A program made the translations under genes and the position numbers. The notes beneath the pieces are model-generated. The model searched no databases. It worked only from the letters and a program-made list of their open reading frames with translations, and had not been told where the DNA came from. Positions 13,901 to 28,419 of a stretch of 64,000 bases of DNA are shown here, piece by piece (within the stretch, counting starts at the first letter, position 1; every line of letters begins with the position of its first letter). Source of the DNA: Trichoplax sp. H2 (Eukaryota). The stretch covers positions 372,001 through 436,000 of the forward strand of contig NOWV01000021.1 in assembly GCA_003344405.1 (NCBI GenBank), read 5' to 3'.

Positions 13901-16900
13901 GACGAAATAACTTGCAGTGAACTGGTTAGGAGACTCAACGCTTCTTCCTGTATAAATTAAGATTTAGGTAATATGTTAGTAAATAAAGCTGGGAATAGAA
14001 TAATTAACGAGAAATCCATTAACAAACGTTTTGAGTATTAAAATGATATATACCGTCACAGTATCCTCGGTAGTTTTGTAAAATTCAGTCAACCATTTCT
14101 TAGCACAGTCAGAGATTACATCTACTACTCCAATAACTTTATTCCATTCAATTGTTGACTGCGACACATTACGTTCAAGAGTTTTTGTCTGGTCTACCTT
14201 TAGACTGGCTAGTCTCACAAATTTTTCAACGAGTCTTAGCAGCTCTGACAGAAGGAGCTGATCAATTTGAGAGCTATTAACCAACTGGCAAGGAAACAGC
14301 GTTACCCGATAGAGTGATTGAACTTTGTCCATAATGATACTAAAATAGTCACTGCAACAGAAGAGAACTTTGTTAATTTATTAGGTAGTTTCTACAAATT
14401 CGTAGGTTTAAAACTACTCTTCGATAAGCATAGAGATACGTACTCAAAGGAATTGGAAGCTATTCCATACTGTAAACATACAGTCCACGTCTTTAAACTC
14501 TCTTTAAATAACTTGCAAGCGCGCTCGCTCGGCAATTGTAAAAAAGTGGGAGATGTTGCGACGAAGCGCACAATGCGTGCAATTAAATCAAATTGAGTGA
14601 CCTGAGTAATTAATAAATGTGCATTAAGTTCACCATCACAAAAATTTAAGAAATAACCCATCACTAAGTAATAGATTAGCTACTATCTATGACATATTTG
14701 AATTAATACCAATGTCGAAGTGATGTTTCGTCCTGCGGTACACAAAATTCTGACTAATTTCATTGCCTCCCATAATGGATAGCCGTGTAACTGCGATACG
14801 GAATCATCAGATTCTAGTTCTTTCCATGACATCGGTAAGAAATTGTCTATGATACATTTCATTAAACCCGGTTCACGTAGTACCTATTTAAATGAGAAGA
14901 CTTGAAATAAATATTTCAAAGGTCGTAAAGAAAGGTGATAAGTCAGGCATTTGATGGATTTTATAATTAGCCGTACATTATCTGCGAGTTGCAGTGAGTG
15001 ACGGCCTATCTTCCATAGAATCTGTAAACAGCTGATAACTTCATTAGCACCGATTTGACAAGTCGAAAGTACATATCTTGCTCTTGGAAGAAAATCCATC
15101 CGTACTAAGCCCTAGTTATCATCATAAAGTGGTGAATTAAGGTATAATTTACTTAGACTAAGTTAGACTAGAAAATTGTAAATTTTAGAAGTAACACTTA
15201 CCGAAATTACGTCATTATATACAAGGTCAGCATCGGTAATCTGAGATTTTTCGTTTTCTTTTAAATCTGTAATACCAACAGCTGGTTCAAAAGCTGGAAC
15301 TTCGTACCCTCGATAGAAGGATGATATTCTGTCTAGACAATGCTAAAATAATTTATTTCATTTGCATTAAATTACAGAGGTATTTGAATACAAATACACA
15401 AAAATATCAAAGCACTCAACCTCGTCTTCTTCTTTGACCACTAGAGCCCTTATAGCGTGTAATGAAGAGCTAATAACAGCTAAGGTGTTATCATCAAAAC
15501 TCCATCGTAACAGAAAAAGGACTCCAGCATCAAGTAGATTAGGGATTATTGGTTCTGATTTGCCACGGTATTCATCTCTGTGATCCTAATACAAAATAAC
15601 TGATACGTTACAATTATTCTTTATCGTGTGTTTGATGTCAATCTTCTGATAGAAAAGAACTACCTTGTCAAAAATATGAGCTAAAGTTGTCAGTCCTATA
15701 ACTTTTTGTTGAGCAAGGCTACTACGAGTTAAAATAAATAGTTCTTCAATTGTATAACCAGCAGCATCAGGTTCCAGGCCGTGGTGATGTAAACCAACAT
15801 GCATTGGTACATTGCTGTCTCTAGCGATTAATTCTCCTTCAAAACCAAATCTAGCACTCTCTCCATCTTCTAGGGTACCTTTCACCTTATCTTTTGTTTG
15901 TGCAAGCATCCACTGTAACTTTTCCTTTTCCACACGTTCGGTATGAACACAATTATCATGAATATGTAAATGTTCTTCTAATTAATATAAAATCAACATT
16001 AATTAATTAAGATCATGACCAGAACATATCCATACTGTGCACAGAAGTAATACTGGTTATACCATTATCAAGTTCAACATCCATATCATGGCAAGTATCA
16101 TCGTTCTTTGATTTGTTATCTATATCCATCGATTCTACTACTACCGTCCTATTCGTAGTAATATTTTTATTAGGCCTTTTCTTTAATAGTTCAACAAGTT
16201 TCGGATCTAAAAAATTGCAATCAATACCCATTAAAATGTAAACGATGCAATCTTTTTATTATACATTCTGTTAAATCTTATTTTAAATAGCTTTTACCCA
16301 TTGACGTCATTAATTTCGATTGCTCTGCAAGAATATCATCTTTGGTCATGGCTGACATCTTGTGTAAATTATCTTCGTGAATTCTTTTAACTTCAGCTTG
16401 TACATCAATGGCTTCATTGCTTTGTAGACCTTCCCCAGTAATTAATTTACTAATTGCTGCTATTGGAGTGTCAGTTTTAGAACTTGCAACTACCGTTACT
16501 TTTATCGTATCATCATCAACTCCGACTGCCTTGGTAGTTGAAGCCATAAATTGTCTAGCAAATAAGCTACCCCCGGCCTTTGCATCGCTACTAGGCTAGT
16601 AATTGTAGGTATGCAGATATTCGTAAGATATCAAGAGTCGATAGTAATACGATGCAGTATCTATCAATAATTCTACATTGAAGTAGTTTTAGAAGATAAA
16701 ATCTAATACTATATTTCAATTCATTAAATTAATTCTTAGTATGCAGTATGATACCTTTCTTTCATTTGCGAAAGTACGCGTATGTCGATGCAATACAGAA
16801 GGAAACGCTTGGTTACTTTGATTCGGAAGCTTTATAGGGATACTAGTAGTATCTTTTTCCTATAGTGAAGTAATACCGTAGATTTACTTAATCATATAGA

Positions 16901-18260
16901 AATTCATGCGGATTAATTAACAGATAGATTGTCATTCTTAGAATTTGCATACCTTGATAGCATCCGTAAATGCAGTAGTAAAATGATGTTTCTTGTCATA
17001 GTCTGATAATAAATACAACAAAACGTAATATTAATAAATACTAACAGAAATTAATCCTCGAGAAAAATAAAGTAGGAGTTTGATTAATCAATTCGCAATT
17101 TTCACCATCTAATCGACGATCAGGGTCAATATTATCTTCGTTCTATAATTGTATAGTGAAAGCATGTCAATAACAAGTTCGATCAAGTAGCTACGATATA
17201 AAATAAGAAAACTGATAAATCATTTCATGTTTTATAGTGAGTAGTACACCTAGCTATGCACACTAATTATAATAGTTAATGATCCAAGTCTCCAGTGTGA
17301 ATTACTCCCGTAGGCTCACAGTATACTGTATACAGTATGTATTTAAATACAGTAGTTCCACTATACTGCATGTATATCAAGGCCATCATATGTATTTTAT
17401 CATTGAAAGAAAAATTACAATTCAGTATGCTAACAGTCGAAGTACTTTATGCCATAATATTGCTTCAAAAATTTCAAATGACCTACCTTATTTTTACGTT
17501 TTCCAGCTACAAATTTACTTTCCCTTATAGGAAAAGTCGAAGGACCTAATAGAAGGAATTTATTACGAGAAACAATATAGTAAGTAGGTTGGATTAGTTA
17601 AGAGCAAAACTGAAATACTCATAGTCTCAATAGGAGGTTTAAGATCGATTTAGGACCTTTAATGATATCGGTTATAGCAAAATGCATCGACGGCCAACGT
17701 GCAATATTTTAGCTGGATATAAGAGGTAATAGCAATAAACTGTTAGAACTGCACCCGCTCATCAGTATTTATTGCATGCCATAATTTGAATTGGGGTTCA
17801 AGTAATATACAGCTACTCAGTTCATCACTGACATTACTTATACCTCTTTCCTATCTTACTAATTGTAAATTATTATTTAGAACGTAAGGTATCATTAATA
17901 GCAACTCCCGCAGTGACTGCAGTTGTTGAATAGTATAGAAATACATATTAATTACAACGCCATTTATAGCATAAATTCCACATACTCAATTATATTAGTA
18001 CAACTATCTCACAAAGAGTAAAACTGCAACGTTATGTGCCTACGAGTAATCTATCCTAGAGTGAGAAGCTAACCGGAAATATCGCCCTGTGCTGAATGAT
18101 CTGGAGGTGTGGAGAATAGCTGGACAACATCTCGTTGCGCTGATTGCGATTCTGATTGCTTGACGACTTTTACAGACGATGCTGATTGATTTCGTAAGAA
18201 AGTCTCTTGATATTTAAGAAGATCTTCTTCAGTTTCATCCTTATTTGGCCTCTTTAGCAT
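10967..18260 (-). CDS. RPAP1: RNA polymerase II-associated protein 1 (multi-exon)
   Basis: N-terminus MLKRPNKDETEEDLL; conserved blocks IHEDNLHKMSAMTKDDILAEQ, EKEKLQWM, ARFGFEG, GLHHHGLEPDAAGYTIEELFILTRS and DWMFLPLIDLY. The last exon reads ...KQACLST* with the stop at 10967-10969. Confidence 0.95.
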
Positions 18261-20047
18261 GATTCTGTCTACAACGATTAACACTTTGAAAATTATAACT
18301 TGTCAATAGCGATTGCTGCAGTGATATCGACGAAATCAAGATCAGAACTAGACCATGAACTCCAGGATGTAATTACTGTAGTAGTGTATGACTAGGACAT
18401 TATTTCTATAGTAATAGGAAGCTTTTACTTAATATATCGTGCTACAATATAGCAATTATACTATACTACCAGACAGTATGCTATGTATATTGTACAGGTC
18501 AAAAAGCGAGCCGTCTGCGGGTCCGCATGTCTGTATACGTACAGCAGGCTAGCTTTCAGGGTTTTTTGCAGCTGGAGAACTTCTCCATAGCAGCATAAAT
18601 CAACAGGAAATGAAAAGACGTTTATTCTTCTATTAGTGAAAAATAGTCTCCATTGAGTTTTTCTGTAGAAATTTGCAATTGTAGGCTGCATAATGACATT
18701 AGATGTTATGATGTATGCTTCATATCAACCTTCAGTAGCTGGAGTGTAAGCCCCTAATTTGAGATAAAGATTTTGAGGCTTTTCTTTTTTCCCATGATCT
18801 TTTGAATAGAATGCTGTACTGCAAGTTACTGTTTACAACCATGATGTCTATGTAAGTACAATACTGTAGGCTATCAATTGTACTTACTGTTGGAAGATTG
18901 AAATCGAATATCGTATGCGATACTACCCTTGATAGCTAGCGAACCAGCCAAACTTGAAATTCCACCAAGCCTAAAGGCTTGGCTTTGCTATCTATTGACA
19001 GCTTTTGCAGCAATTAGCTGACCTCGAGCTACCGATCATGCTAACTTAGTATGCAAAGATTACCTGGCTACATTAGTAGTGTTTCCTTATTTAGTTAAAA
19101 GTACACTAGAGAAAGACTTCAATAAGACCAATACAACATGTCGTAGCTTATCAGCAATAATGTGCATTAGAATGATAACTAAAGCAATTACACTCTACAT
19201 TGTATATCGCACTAGGGAGTTTATAACTCGGTCTTGTTTTACTGCAGTTGTCCCTTATATTATAATATCAGTAAATTTAGGCTCATGACTGCGAATACAA
19301 TAGTGGAATCTATCTAGAGTACGGTGTAGTAATAGCTAAAATAAATAATTAATAAGATAGTTATTTTATGGTAGCGATTGCAACTTACAAAGAGCGTAGG
19401 TTTTGACCCTTGAGACAAAACTACAGTAGAGTACAGCACTGTTTTGGATATTGTGCATATTGCAATCTCTACAAGCAAGAATAAAACCGTTTAAAACAGT
19501 GGAATCAACGTCAGAAATGTCTCATTATCTGGGAATAGTATTCATTGCAGTCTAAGCTATCTTTCCATATTAAATAAATAAACAAAATTGTGCAATGATC
19601 GTCACGTAATATAGAAATAACAAATCTGAAGATGGCTGGATCAATTTCTTAAAATCAAGCTGAAAGACAGAACTGAAGTGTAATAATTTCAAGACGAGAA
19701 GGATATGATTTATTTTGAGTAGACAAAAATTAAAAATTATCCGTTATGGAAGCTATAAAAAAGCAGAAATTTTTCTTGTTTTATACAGATGTTGCAGTAC
19801 ATCTCATTTGTTCAGCTTCAAGGCATGATAAAGTACACAATAAGTCAGTTTTAAAATTCTGAGAGATACCATGTTCCAGATACAATATTCCTGTTCAGAA
19901 TTGAAGTCGAGATCATACTGTAGGTACTGTACTACAATATAAATTAATTATAATGTAAGACAATACGACGTATGCTTTTTAGTTCGCTGTTGTAACTAAT
20001 AGGGTAACTAATAGAGAACGAATATACGATAGTATCAGAAAATGAGA

Positions 20048-20527
20048 CTATTGACGCTTTTTGGATTGGTCACGCCATAATGAGAAAGAAACATAAGAAC
20101 AGTACAGAGCCCAAAGAAGACCTATAGACGAGAGCTGGCCGGCAGTACGATTGATATGTGCGAAAAGGGAATGATAGGTCGCGGCAAAGGCAGTTCCAGC
20201 TAGGCTGTCCACTGTCGCTAGGCCTAGACTCCTTGTCCGGAAGACAATAATAGGCCATATTGCAATAGAAACTAAAGAGCCACCATAAGCCATTAAAGCA
20301 CGCGTAGCATCTTCATCTCCATCTCTCCAAACAAGGTAAGATGAATATCCAACGGCAACATTAACCGAAGCCCACAAGGGGCTAAACATCCATCGTGGAG
20401 GATAGAGGAATGGTCTCTTCAAGCTAGTGTACCACTCTGCTTCGACATCCTCTTTCCTTGGTTTAGTTATAGACATAACCACAAAGGGAGTTGCCACTGC
20501 AATAGTGATTTCCATCCACGGTTGCAT
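20048..20527 (-). CDS. TSPO: Translocator protein (TspO/MBR family), single exon
   Basis: 159-aa hydrophobic ORF with WYTSLKRPFLYPPRWMFSPLW, GYSSYLVWRD, WPIIVFRTRSLGLA and C-terminal LWRD. Confidence 0.92.
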   Translation of the reverse strand: MQPWMEITIAVATPFVVMSITKPRKEDVEAEWYTSLKRPFLYPPRWMFSPLWASVNVAVGYSSYLVWRDGDEDATRALMAYGGSLVSIAIWPIIVFRTRSLGLATVDSLAGTAFAATYHSLFAHINRTAGQLSSIGLLWALYCSYVSFSLWRDQSKKRQ

Positions 20528-21045
20528 GATTATTTCCTTGAATAAGAATTTCTCGTCAAATATCCTCTAATTATTGTGATAATAATTGATCAGAAATATG
20601 CAGCTGTTTGCTCAAGATGCTCGCTTGGTCGTTAATATTGTTAGCCGATCAAAGTAATAAACAAAATTCTGCTGGACCAGAGTTTATAATACAACTCCCT
20701 GGCAGTATTTGTACATGTACTATCGACTATGCTCTATTAAGTCAGTACAGTAAAGTATAGTATTGAATGGTTAGTAGTACACTATCGCTATGCTGTATTG
20801 TAGTTCAACCACATGAGTCAACATCGATCAGTTATGGCATCATGTTTAACCCAGGTAAATGTTTACACATGGACAACTAGAACTACAGTGCAGTATGTGC
20901 CATGGACTACTAGAAGAAGCCTCTACGGTAGTAGTCCATGAATATACAGTACAATGTACATTGGACGTCCATGTAGTCTCCCACTGAGCAAACTAGAGAG
21001 ATAATTAATCAATCCACTATGTTAACTCTATGGTGCTGACACACA

Positions 21046-22166
21046 GACGAAATCCAATCAATCAACTATCATTTTTGCATGTGGAGGAGGGTTTAGTAAT
21101 CTCTGTAGGAAGCTACTGCAATCTTATTTTACCATAGCACAGTAACAGCAGCCAGTGATAGACGAAATCAAATCAATCAACTATCATTTTTGCATATAGA
21201 GGAGGGTTTAGTAATCTCTGTAGGAAGCTACTGCAATCTTATTTTACCATAGCACAGTAACAGCAGCCAGTGATAGACGAAATCAAGTCAATCAACTATT
21301 ATTTTTGCATATGGAGGAGGGTTTAGTAGTCTCTGTAGGAAGCTGCTGCAATCTTATTTTACCATAGCACAGTAACAGCAGCCAGTGATAGACGAAATCA
21401 AATCAGTTAACTATCATTTTTGCATATGGAGGAGGGTTTAGTAGTCTCTGTAGGAAGCTACCGCAGTAGTACTAGTAGTCTCTGTAGGAAGCTACTGCAA
21501 TCTTATTTCATCATAGCACAGTAACAGCAGCCAGTGATAGACGAAATCAAATCAATCAGCTATCATTTTTGTATATGGAGGAGGGTTTAGTAGTCTCTGT
21601 AGGAAGCTACTGCAGTAGTACTAATAATCTCTGTAGTAAGCTACTGCAATCTTATTTCACCATAGCACAGTAACAGCAGCCAGTGATAGACGAAATCAAA
21701 TCAATCAACTATCATTTTTGTATATGGAGGAGGGTTTAGTAGTCTCTGCAGGAAGCTACTGCAGTAGTACTAGTAATCTCTGTAGTAAGCTACTGCAATC
21801 TTATTTCACCATAGCACAGTAACAGCAGCCGGTGATAGACGAAATCAAATCAATCAACTATCATTTTTGCATATGGAGGAGGGTTTAGTAGTCTCTGCAG
21901 GAAGCTGCTGCAATCTTATTTCACCATAGCACAGTAACAGCAGCCAGTGATAGACGAAATCAAGTCAATCAACTATCATTTTTGCATATGGAGGAAGGTT
22001 TAGTAGTCTCTGCAGGAAGCTACTACAATCTTATTTCACCATAGCACAGTAACAGCAGCCAGTGATAGACGAAATCAAATCAATCAACTATCATTTTTTG
22101 CATATGGAGGAGGGTTTAGTAGTCTCTGCAGGAAGCTACTGCAATCTTATTTTACCATAGCACAGT
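21046..22166. repeat. Tandem minisatellite, 9 units of 115 or 149 bp
   Basis: Units begin GACGAAATC at 21046, 21161, 21276, 21391, 21540, 21689, 21838, 21953 and 22068 (last one partial). Units 4-6 carry an extra 34 bp. Confidence 0.97.
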
Positions 22167-22999
22167 TCCGCAGCTAGTGTTGGCTGGCGGTAGGTTATCA
22201 CCGCGGTTAAATAACGTCAAAATTCAGCCCAAAAGTACAATTGAATTCAAATAGTTGTAACCCAGGTCAATCAACCACGCATCACCTAGAACCAAGACGG
22301 ACAGACAGGACAGCAGCTGCTATGTAGGGCAAAAACAACACGTCGTGTGTTCCATTCAATTGATGGAGTTTGACCGGATGAGTTATGGTGTTAACGGACA
22401 ACCGGACAGCACAGAAGTACAATAGAACGTATTGTACTTTGACCGGTTAGAGGAGGTACAAGTTGCGTACGCCTGCGGGTGTTCACCCGACACCACAGTT
22501 ACCGTCATGTACGACTGGACGTATCATACTCTACTGTACAGTAACGATCCGTTTCAGGCGACAGTTACGGTAGGCGGTTCATTGTGACATTATTTCTGAT
22601 AGCCAAGAGGCAGTATGCAATCAGTAGTCACTCACATTCATCTTATCATGGACAAGCATAGTCTATAGTGCAACGACAATATCATCAGCAAAATGCAAAA
22701 TGACTAGCAAAATTGATGTCACTAGTCCATACTGGCTGCAAGGATGACATCATTTTGGGAACTTTATAGAGCACTTGAATCGTCTGCCGTCAGCTACACA
22801 CTCAGACTCAGCCGCCGGTCCCGGTCACTCCAAAACGTCAAAGCAGTAAAAGTGAACTCATTGCTCGCCAGTCCTTGCAAAATTCATTGAAATTGTCCAT
22901 TTTAGGTTGGGATTTCTTTGAAAAGTTGAAGAGAAAAAAAAGGAGAAATTAGTTATTCGCTATTTGCTGCTTAGGACATTATTGAAAGGAAATTCAAGT

Positions 23000-25900
23000 A
23001 TGGCAGAACATCAGCAAGAGACAACAACCGGTATCCAAACCGACGATATCGACCACGGCAATGGTCAATTGGAGGAAAACTACCGGGCCGTAACACAGGA
23101 AGATCCCAGTGAAAGTCATGCTGTCGAACCAACGGAAAGTGAAAATTTAATCGATATATCGCCATCATTCCAAGATGCTGATACTATAGAAGGTACAAAC
23201 CACGCTCAAAGCCAATTTAATGACGGAGAAGAGAGACCTCTTACTGCATCGGATATTACACTGCAAACAGATAATCAAGAAATGCAATCACAACCAACGG
23301 AAACCATCAAAGATTCACTAGATCAACTTTTACTCCAGACTCAAGATAACCTTGAGGAGATCACGGATAATGAACAAGGTTTTAAAACCTAGACTTGTAG
23401 ATTACAGCCATCAATTACTACTCTCAATAATATTGAAAGAGATAACATTCTATATAATTTTTATTGCTTACAAAAGTACTTCTAGAGTTGTAGTCTTGTA
23501 AGCTTTGACAAACATCGCAACAACATCTTGTATACATCCTTTTTTTTCCTCTGGAAAAAAAATTACTGTATTACAGGGAGTTGCAAGTCATGACAGTACA
23601 GTATTCAAATAGACTGTAAAACAACCATAACGAAGCATGAACAAACCGATACAACTCTGTAATCAACAGTATTATAAATCGATGTACAAGTATTTCCACC
23701 ATGTTGAATCTAATTATTTTTTGAACTATTTCTAATATCAGAAAAGCAAGCAAAAATTGTCGTCTGGTTGAAGAATTTAGATCCTCGTTGTGAGTATAAA
23801 AGAAAATACAATAATAATCATAATAATTATTAATAATAATAGTACCTCGTATTCCACCATTCAAGAACCGTTTTTATTTTCAAGATAAAGTAATTCTCAA
23901 ATGCTTGCACAATATCGGCTGTCATGGTTAAGACTTGAGAGTGTCATCTCAACAAGAATAACTTATTCAAAGAGTAATACGTATGCAATACTTTACGAAC
24001 TACTTACTGACAATACAGCTCAATCAGTGCAACTTAACTTGATCGACATCGATCTTTGAGTCATCAACTATTAAAATCATGATGTAGTTATAATATAGAA
24101 GTCATGTCCTTAGTTAAAAATCAACCATCGCTGCAGTCTAACATACTGTAAACGCCTACAGTATATTAAGATTTCCTATATCACTGATAAACATCTCCAT
24201 TAACAAATGTTATTTATACGCAACATTTATACTTTACTGTAACTGACTGTAAGAACAATGTAACTGGAATTGTCTTGAGCTATAATAGAAATTCAGGAGT
24301 AAACATCAACCCAATTGTTCTGATGTTTCGCTATTGACAACTTTCCCTCTAGGTTATTCCCTATAGTCAATTCATATAATACAGTACTTGAGCTAGAAAT
24401 CTAGAGTGACCAATCAAGATGTTGAGCCTTTTAATATTGTACTGTACTACGTAAAAACATCCACGAATTTATCAGTTGCAAAACTTGAATCATCGACTTA
24501 GTGGTAATCACTCCAGATGATATTGCATTATATCTTGAACAATATCTACATGTAATGTATGATAGCCTGATTTTTACCGATCATAGTATTCAGTAAATTG
24601 CCACCAAAGTACAAAATTATGCTACTAAATTTCAACCGTTGCCTATTTGATTTTGAGTCAACTCATTTCTGCATTTATAATGTTTAAATTGACTTTGAAA
24701 TTACTGCGGCTATATATTGTTTAGAAAAGAAATTAAAGACTGCTATAGTACAAGCCTTCCTTGAGGTTATACCTAACAGTGAAATAGCTATACGCACGAC
24801 TGTGATTGATTCTGTTCTACGCAAACGAGGAATAAAAATTGATACCAATAGAATGCCAACGTAATAATGATCACTCTTTTATCAGTGTTTATCATATTTT
24901 GTCTGGTTTGTTCACGTATAAGTATAATAATCTGATCATTATCACTGATCAGAGCTTTTCGTTGTAAAATAGTATGCTAATTTTCATCATTTTTTCGTCT
25001 CTGTGTTAGTAATTGTGTTAACTAACTTTCAGTATTGATAATAATTAAAAGTTGTAACTTACCCTTAAACTGTAGTCTACTCGTAAATTTATAGTTTAGC
25101 CCCCCTATTCAACGAAAGTGGATTACATACTTTACGAGTATAGATTGAGCTAGATTGCATCATGATAATCATCAACTTAATAATTCTAGTAATCATACAA
25201 TACTACTACTGCGCAAATTGAGCTAGATCATATCATGAAAAATGGCCAACGCAATAATTCTAGTAACCATAAAATGAAGAATCCATCATATCTAGTGTTA
25301 TCCTACCTGCTATATCAACGAATCATGCAATATGAAACTTCTTTTTGAACGTAATTTGACAATTACACAGCTATCATACTCGATAAATTGGCGATGCCGT
25401 TACTTTGAGATAGTCTTGATAGTAACTGTAAATTGTATAGAGAAATTTATGTAATCCTACGTTATAAAATTTGGCTATATGCGCCTATTGTCATAACTAC
25501 TAAGCAATCCTTATACTATACTATATACTGTATCGTATATTTATATTATACGAGGTATTCTATCTACTGTTATTGCAACTGCTGCACTGCACATAATACT
25601 AATTATATTTGTTAATGTTAGCAATTTTTCTTTCACATATATAGTCGTAAAATTGATTTATTGGCAAGACTGGAAGGAAACTGGCGTTGTTTTCGCTTCA
25701 ACGTTGATACTTTTGCTTACCCTCAAATTTAATTCATTGCTTAGCGTATTAGCCTTCTTTGGAATGGCAACATTATTGGTGACTTTTGCATGCCGTGTTT
25801 TTAATACTTTAATGCAAGTTCTTCATAAGAAACAAACGGAAAATCCATTCCAGTAAGTACTTCGATGTATTATGTATTAAAATAAGCTCAGGTCGTTTTG

Positions 25901-27073
25901 ACCATCTATACAATATCATAACTAGATTTTTAAATCATTTTTTGCTAACTGTTACTTGAGTTGTGTAATTTTTTATTATTTCATAATTTTCAGAAATTTG
26001 TTAGACAAAGAAATTAAAATACCAAGGGAGTTCGTTAGTATCTTTGCATAACATTTTATCTCTATATTAAAATGATGGTTGCGCCATGATAGTGATGAAT
26101 AATCAGGATAAGACTAATTTCTACTGTAAAATTGATGTTGCAATGTATCTGTAATATATTGTTGCCTTTTAATTTAAAAATTCGTCTAAACTTTTATCGA
26201 AAACAAGCTCTGGAATGAAAAATTTTTGATAATTAACTAGTTATATATATATTTTAAATTTAGCTTTTGGACATCGTTGATAAAGTTCTACAAAGATTAA
26301 CTCCAATTGCTGAATATTTACGCAATTTATTTTTAGTTGTTGATATCGTTGAATCGTTGCAGGTGATTATTTTAAAAAATTACAAAATTAAATATTTTTA
26401 GCCAATAAGTTACATTATTACTAAAACATTGATTTCATTATAAATAGCAAATATGTACTAGTTACCTTCAAATTTTAGCAATCAATTTTAACTGCTACTT
26501 TATTACTTTTTTAGTTTGGTATCAGTTTATGGTTGCTCTCTTGCATTGGTAGCTGGTTTAGTGATTTGACTATAGTCATCATCGGTACAGTAACCAAAAC
26601 ATGTTTACATAAAATTTATTGGCGCCATAATTGTCAATTGATTTCCATTTTTAATAAATTAATTTCTCCAATTTAATTTCACGCTATTATTCAATATTAC
26701 TTTACACAGCGGTCACTCTCTTATTTACTGCTCCTGTAATTTACGAAAATAATCAGGTATGAATGACCCACCTATTGCAACATTAGTTAACATTATAGCA
26801 TCAACATTAAAACGAAGCTGAACTAACATTACTATATCAAATATTTATCAGGCTCAGATTGATATATATATCAATTTGGCTAAAACAGAAATCAACAACG
26901 TTATGGCACAGTAAGTTATATTTAATACTTGGTCCTAGCCAATTTATCCATTAGTTTCTTTTCTATTGAGATATTTAAAATGAAATTATATTATGTGCAT
27001 TTCTTTGATTGAATCTACTAGGGTGGATGGACTTATTCCTGGTCGCAATAAATCTAAAGATAAAGAAGATTAA
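23000..27073 (+). CDS. RTN: Reticulon (acidic N-terminal region plus reticulon homology domain)
   Basis: Exon 1 (23000-23378, phase 1) splices to 25645, giving VVKLIYWQDWKETGVVF. Later exons give NPFQNLLDKEI, LRNLFLVVDIVESLQ and LFTAPVIYENNQAQID. The protein ends KSKDKED* (KxKxx ER-retrieval-like). The paralogue number cannot be assigned. Confidence 0.93.
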
Positions 27074-28419
27074 CCACGGCAATTGTTATCTATTATTAGC
27101 AACTTTAGTTTTCCTGCATATCATACCGTATCTGAAAAGTACTATACTTTATTCTTTTAAATCTTAAGAGGAAGTTTTCAAATTTTGATAGTAATCTTAG
27201 AAAGCGACCTTTTGCATAACTAGCTTTAGCTGATAAATCAATTATCGTCAATAAGAACTCAATATATAACAATTTGAATTTATATGATTAATATCTTGTA
27301 ATTATCCATTGTTTAATGTTGTCTTCAAACGTTATTTACACATACCGAAAAGTGCTGCTTATACTGTATCAAACTGACGTTGTTTTAGCTAGTATTTTTC
27401 TCAGTTTATGGTGTACTGTATGTTGTTACATTGTTGACTACATATGCTGCACCAACATAATATCGATAATAAGTATACAGCGGAATGTTTGTACCGTATG
27501 TATGTATGCATACAGTGTAGGCCATCATTACTATATAAATCGCTCTAATGTGCAAGAACCTTCAATATGCGTATACACGTACACATTACTATTAGAGATT
27601 TCTAATCTAATTTAATTGTCTATATAATTAAGTAATTATAGAAATTGTACGCTTGAATCACTAGTAAATACTCGTATCTTTTAGTTGTTTGTGTAAAAAT
27701 AGCTAATGCCCGATTGTAACAACTTTTCACAAAATTTTTGTCTTCTTTTAGCCTATAATTTTATTAATCTTTCATCGAACAACATTAGCGACTATACGAT
27801 TATGAGTACACAAGCCATTGTCGTCGTTATTTTGGGTGTGACTAAATAATGTTAACTCTGTTGTGGAATTTGAAAACTGATAACATTAATCATACTTCGA
27901 CTCATTTGCATCAAATAAATTCTGGTAATAACACCGATCACATGAAGATTTTAAAGTCTCGCAGTATAGAAAAGTGATTTCAAACTCCAATAAACTCTGT
28001 AATTAAAATTTTTCCAGTATGAGAATAATGCCTTTGCATCTAATAAGAACAATCTTGATGTTAGTCCGTTCTTTATAAAATACAAATGTTGTAAAAAGTA
28101 TATATAGATATGAACGTAAATTGAAAACGCTAAGCAGCCAATAATTAATTGATAGAGGCAAATGTTTTAATAGTAAATAGATAATAATCTGTACGGTTAA
28201 CTGCCATCTTATTATACACTGATAGTATCTCAGATATTTAAATAGCTTCTTTTACTTTTGCCGTAAAGAAATAGATTGAACACATAAGTCTCAATTGTAA
28301 TGAATGCTATAACTTAGCCAATTTATGCAAACTTAGTACTCTCCGGTAAGATTTGCATAATAATATCTTACGTTTGATTAGAAACGTGACGATGGTACAA
28401 AATGAATTCATTAGCTTTC

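Noticed and set aside
18946..19016. Promoter motif shared with 43555-43582 (CCAAACTTGAA, TTGCAGCAATT)
   Set aside because: 11-mer matches are expected by chance in 64 kb of AT-rich DNA, and the spacing differs.
21046..22166. CRISPR-like array
   Set aside because: Whole units repeat with no unique spacers, no cas genes are present, and the context is eukaryotic. The same applies to 44255-46856.
20847..22267. Mutator-like element bounded by the 10-bp direct repeat TAACCCAGGT (20847, 22258)
   Set aside because: No terminal inverted repeats lie inside the putative target-site duplication, and a 10-mer match can occur by chance.
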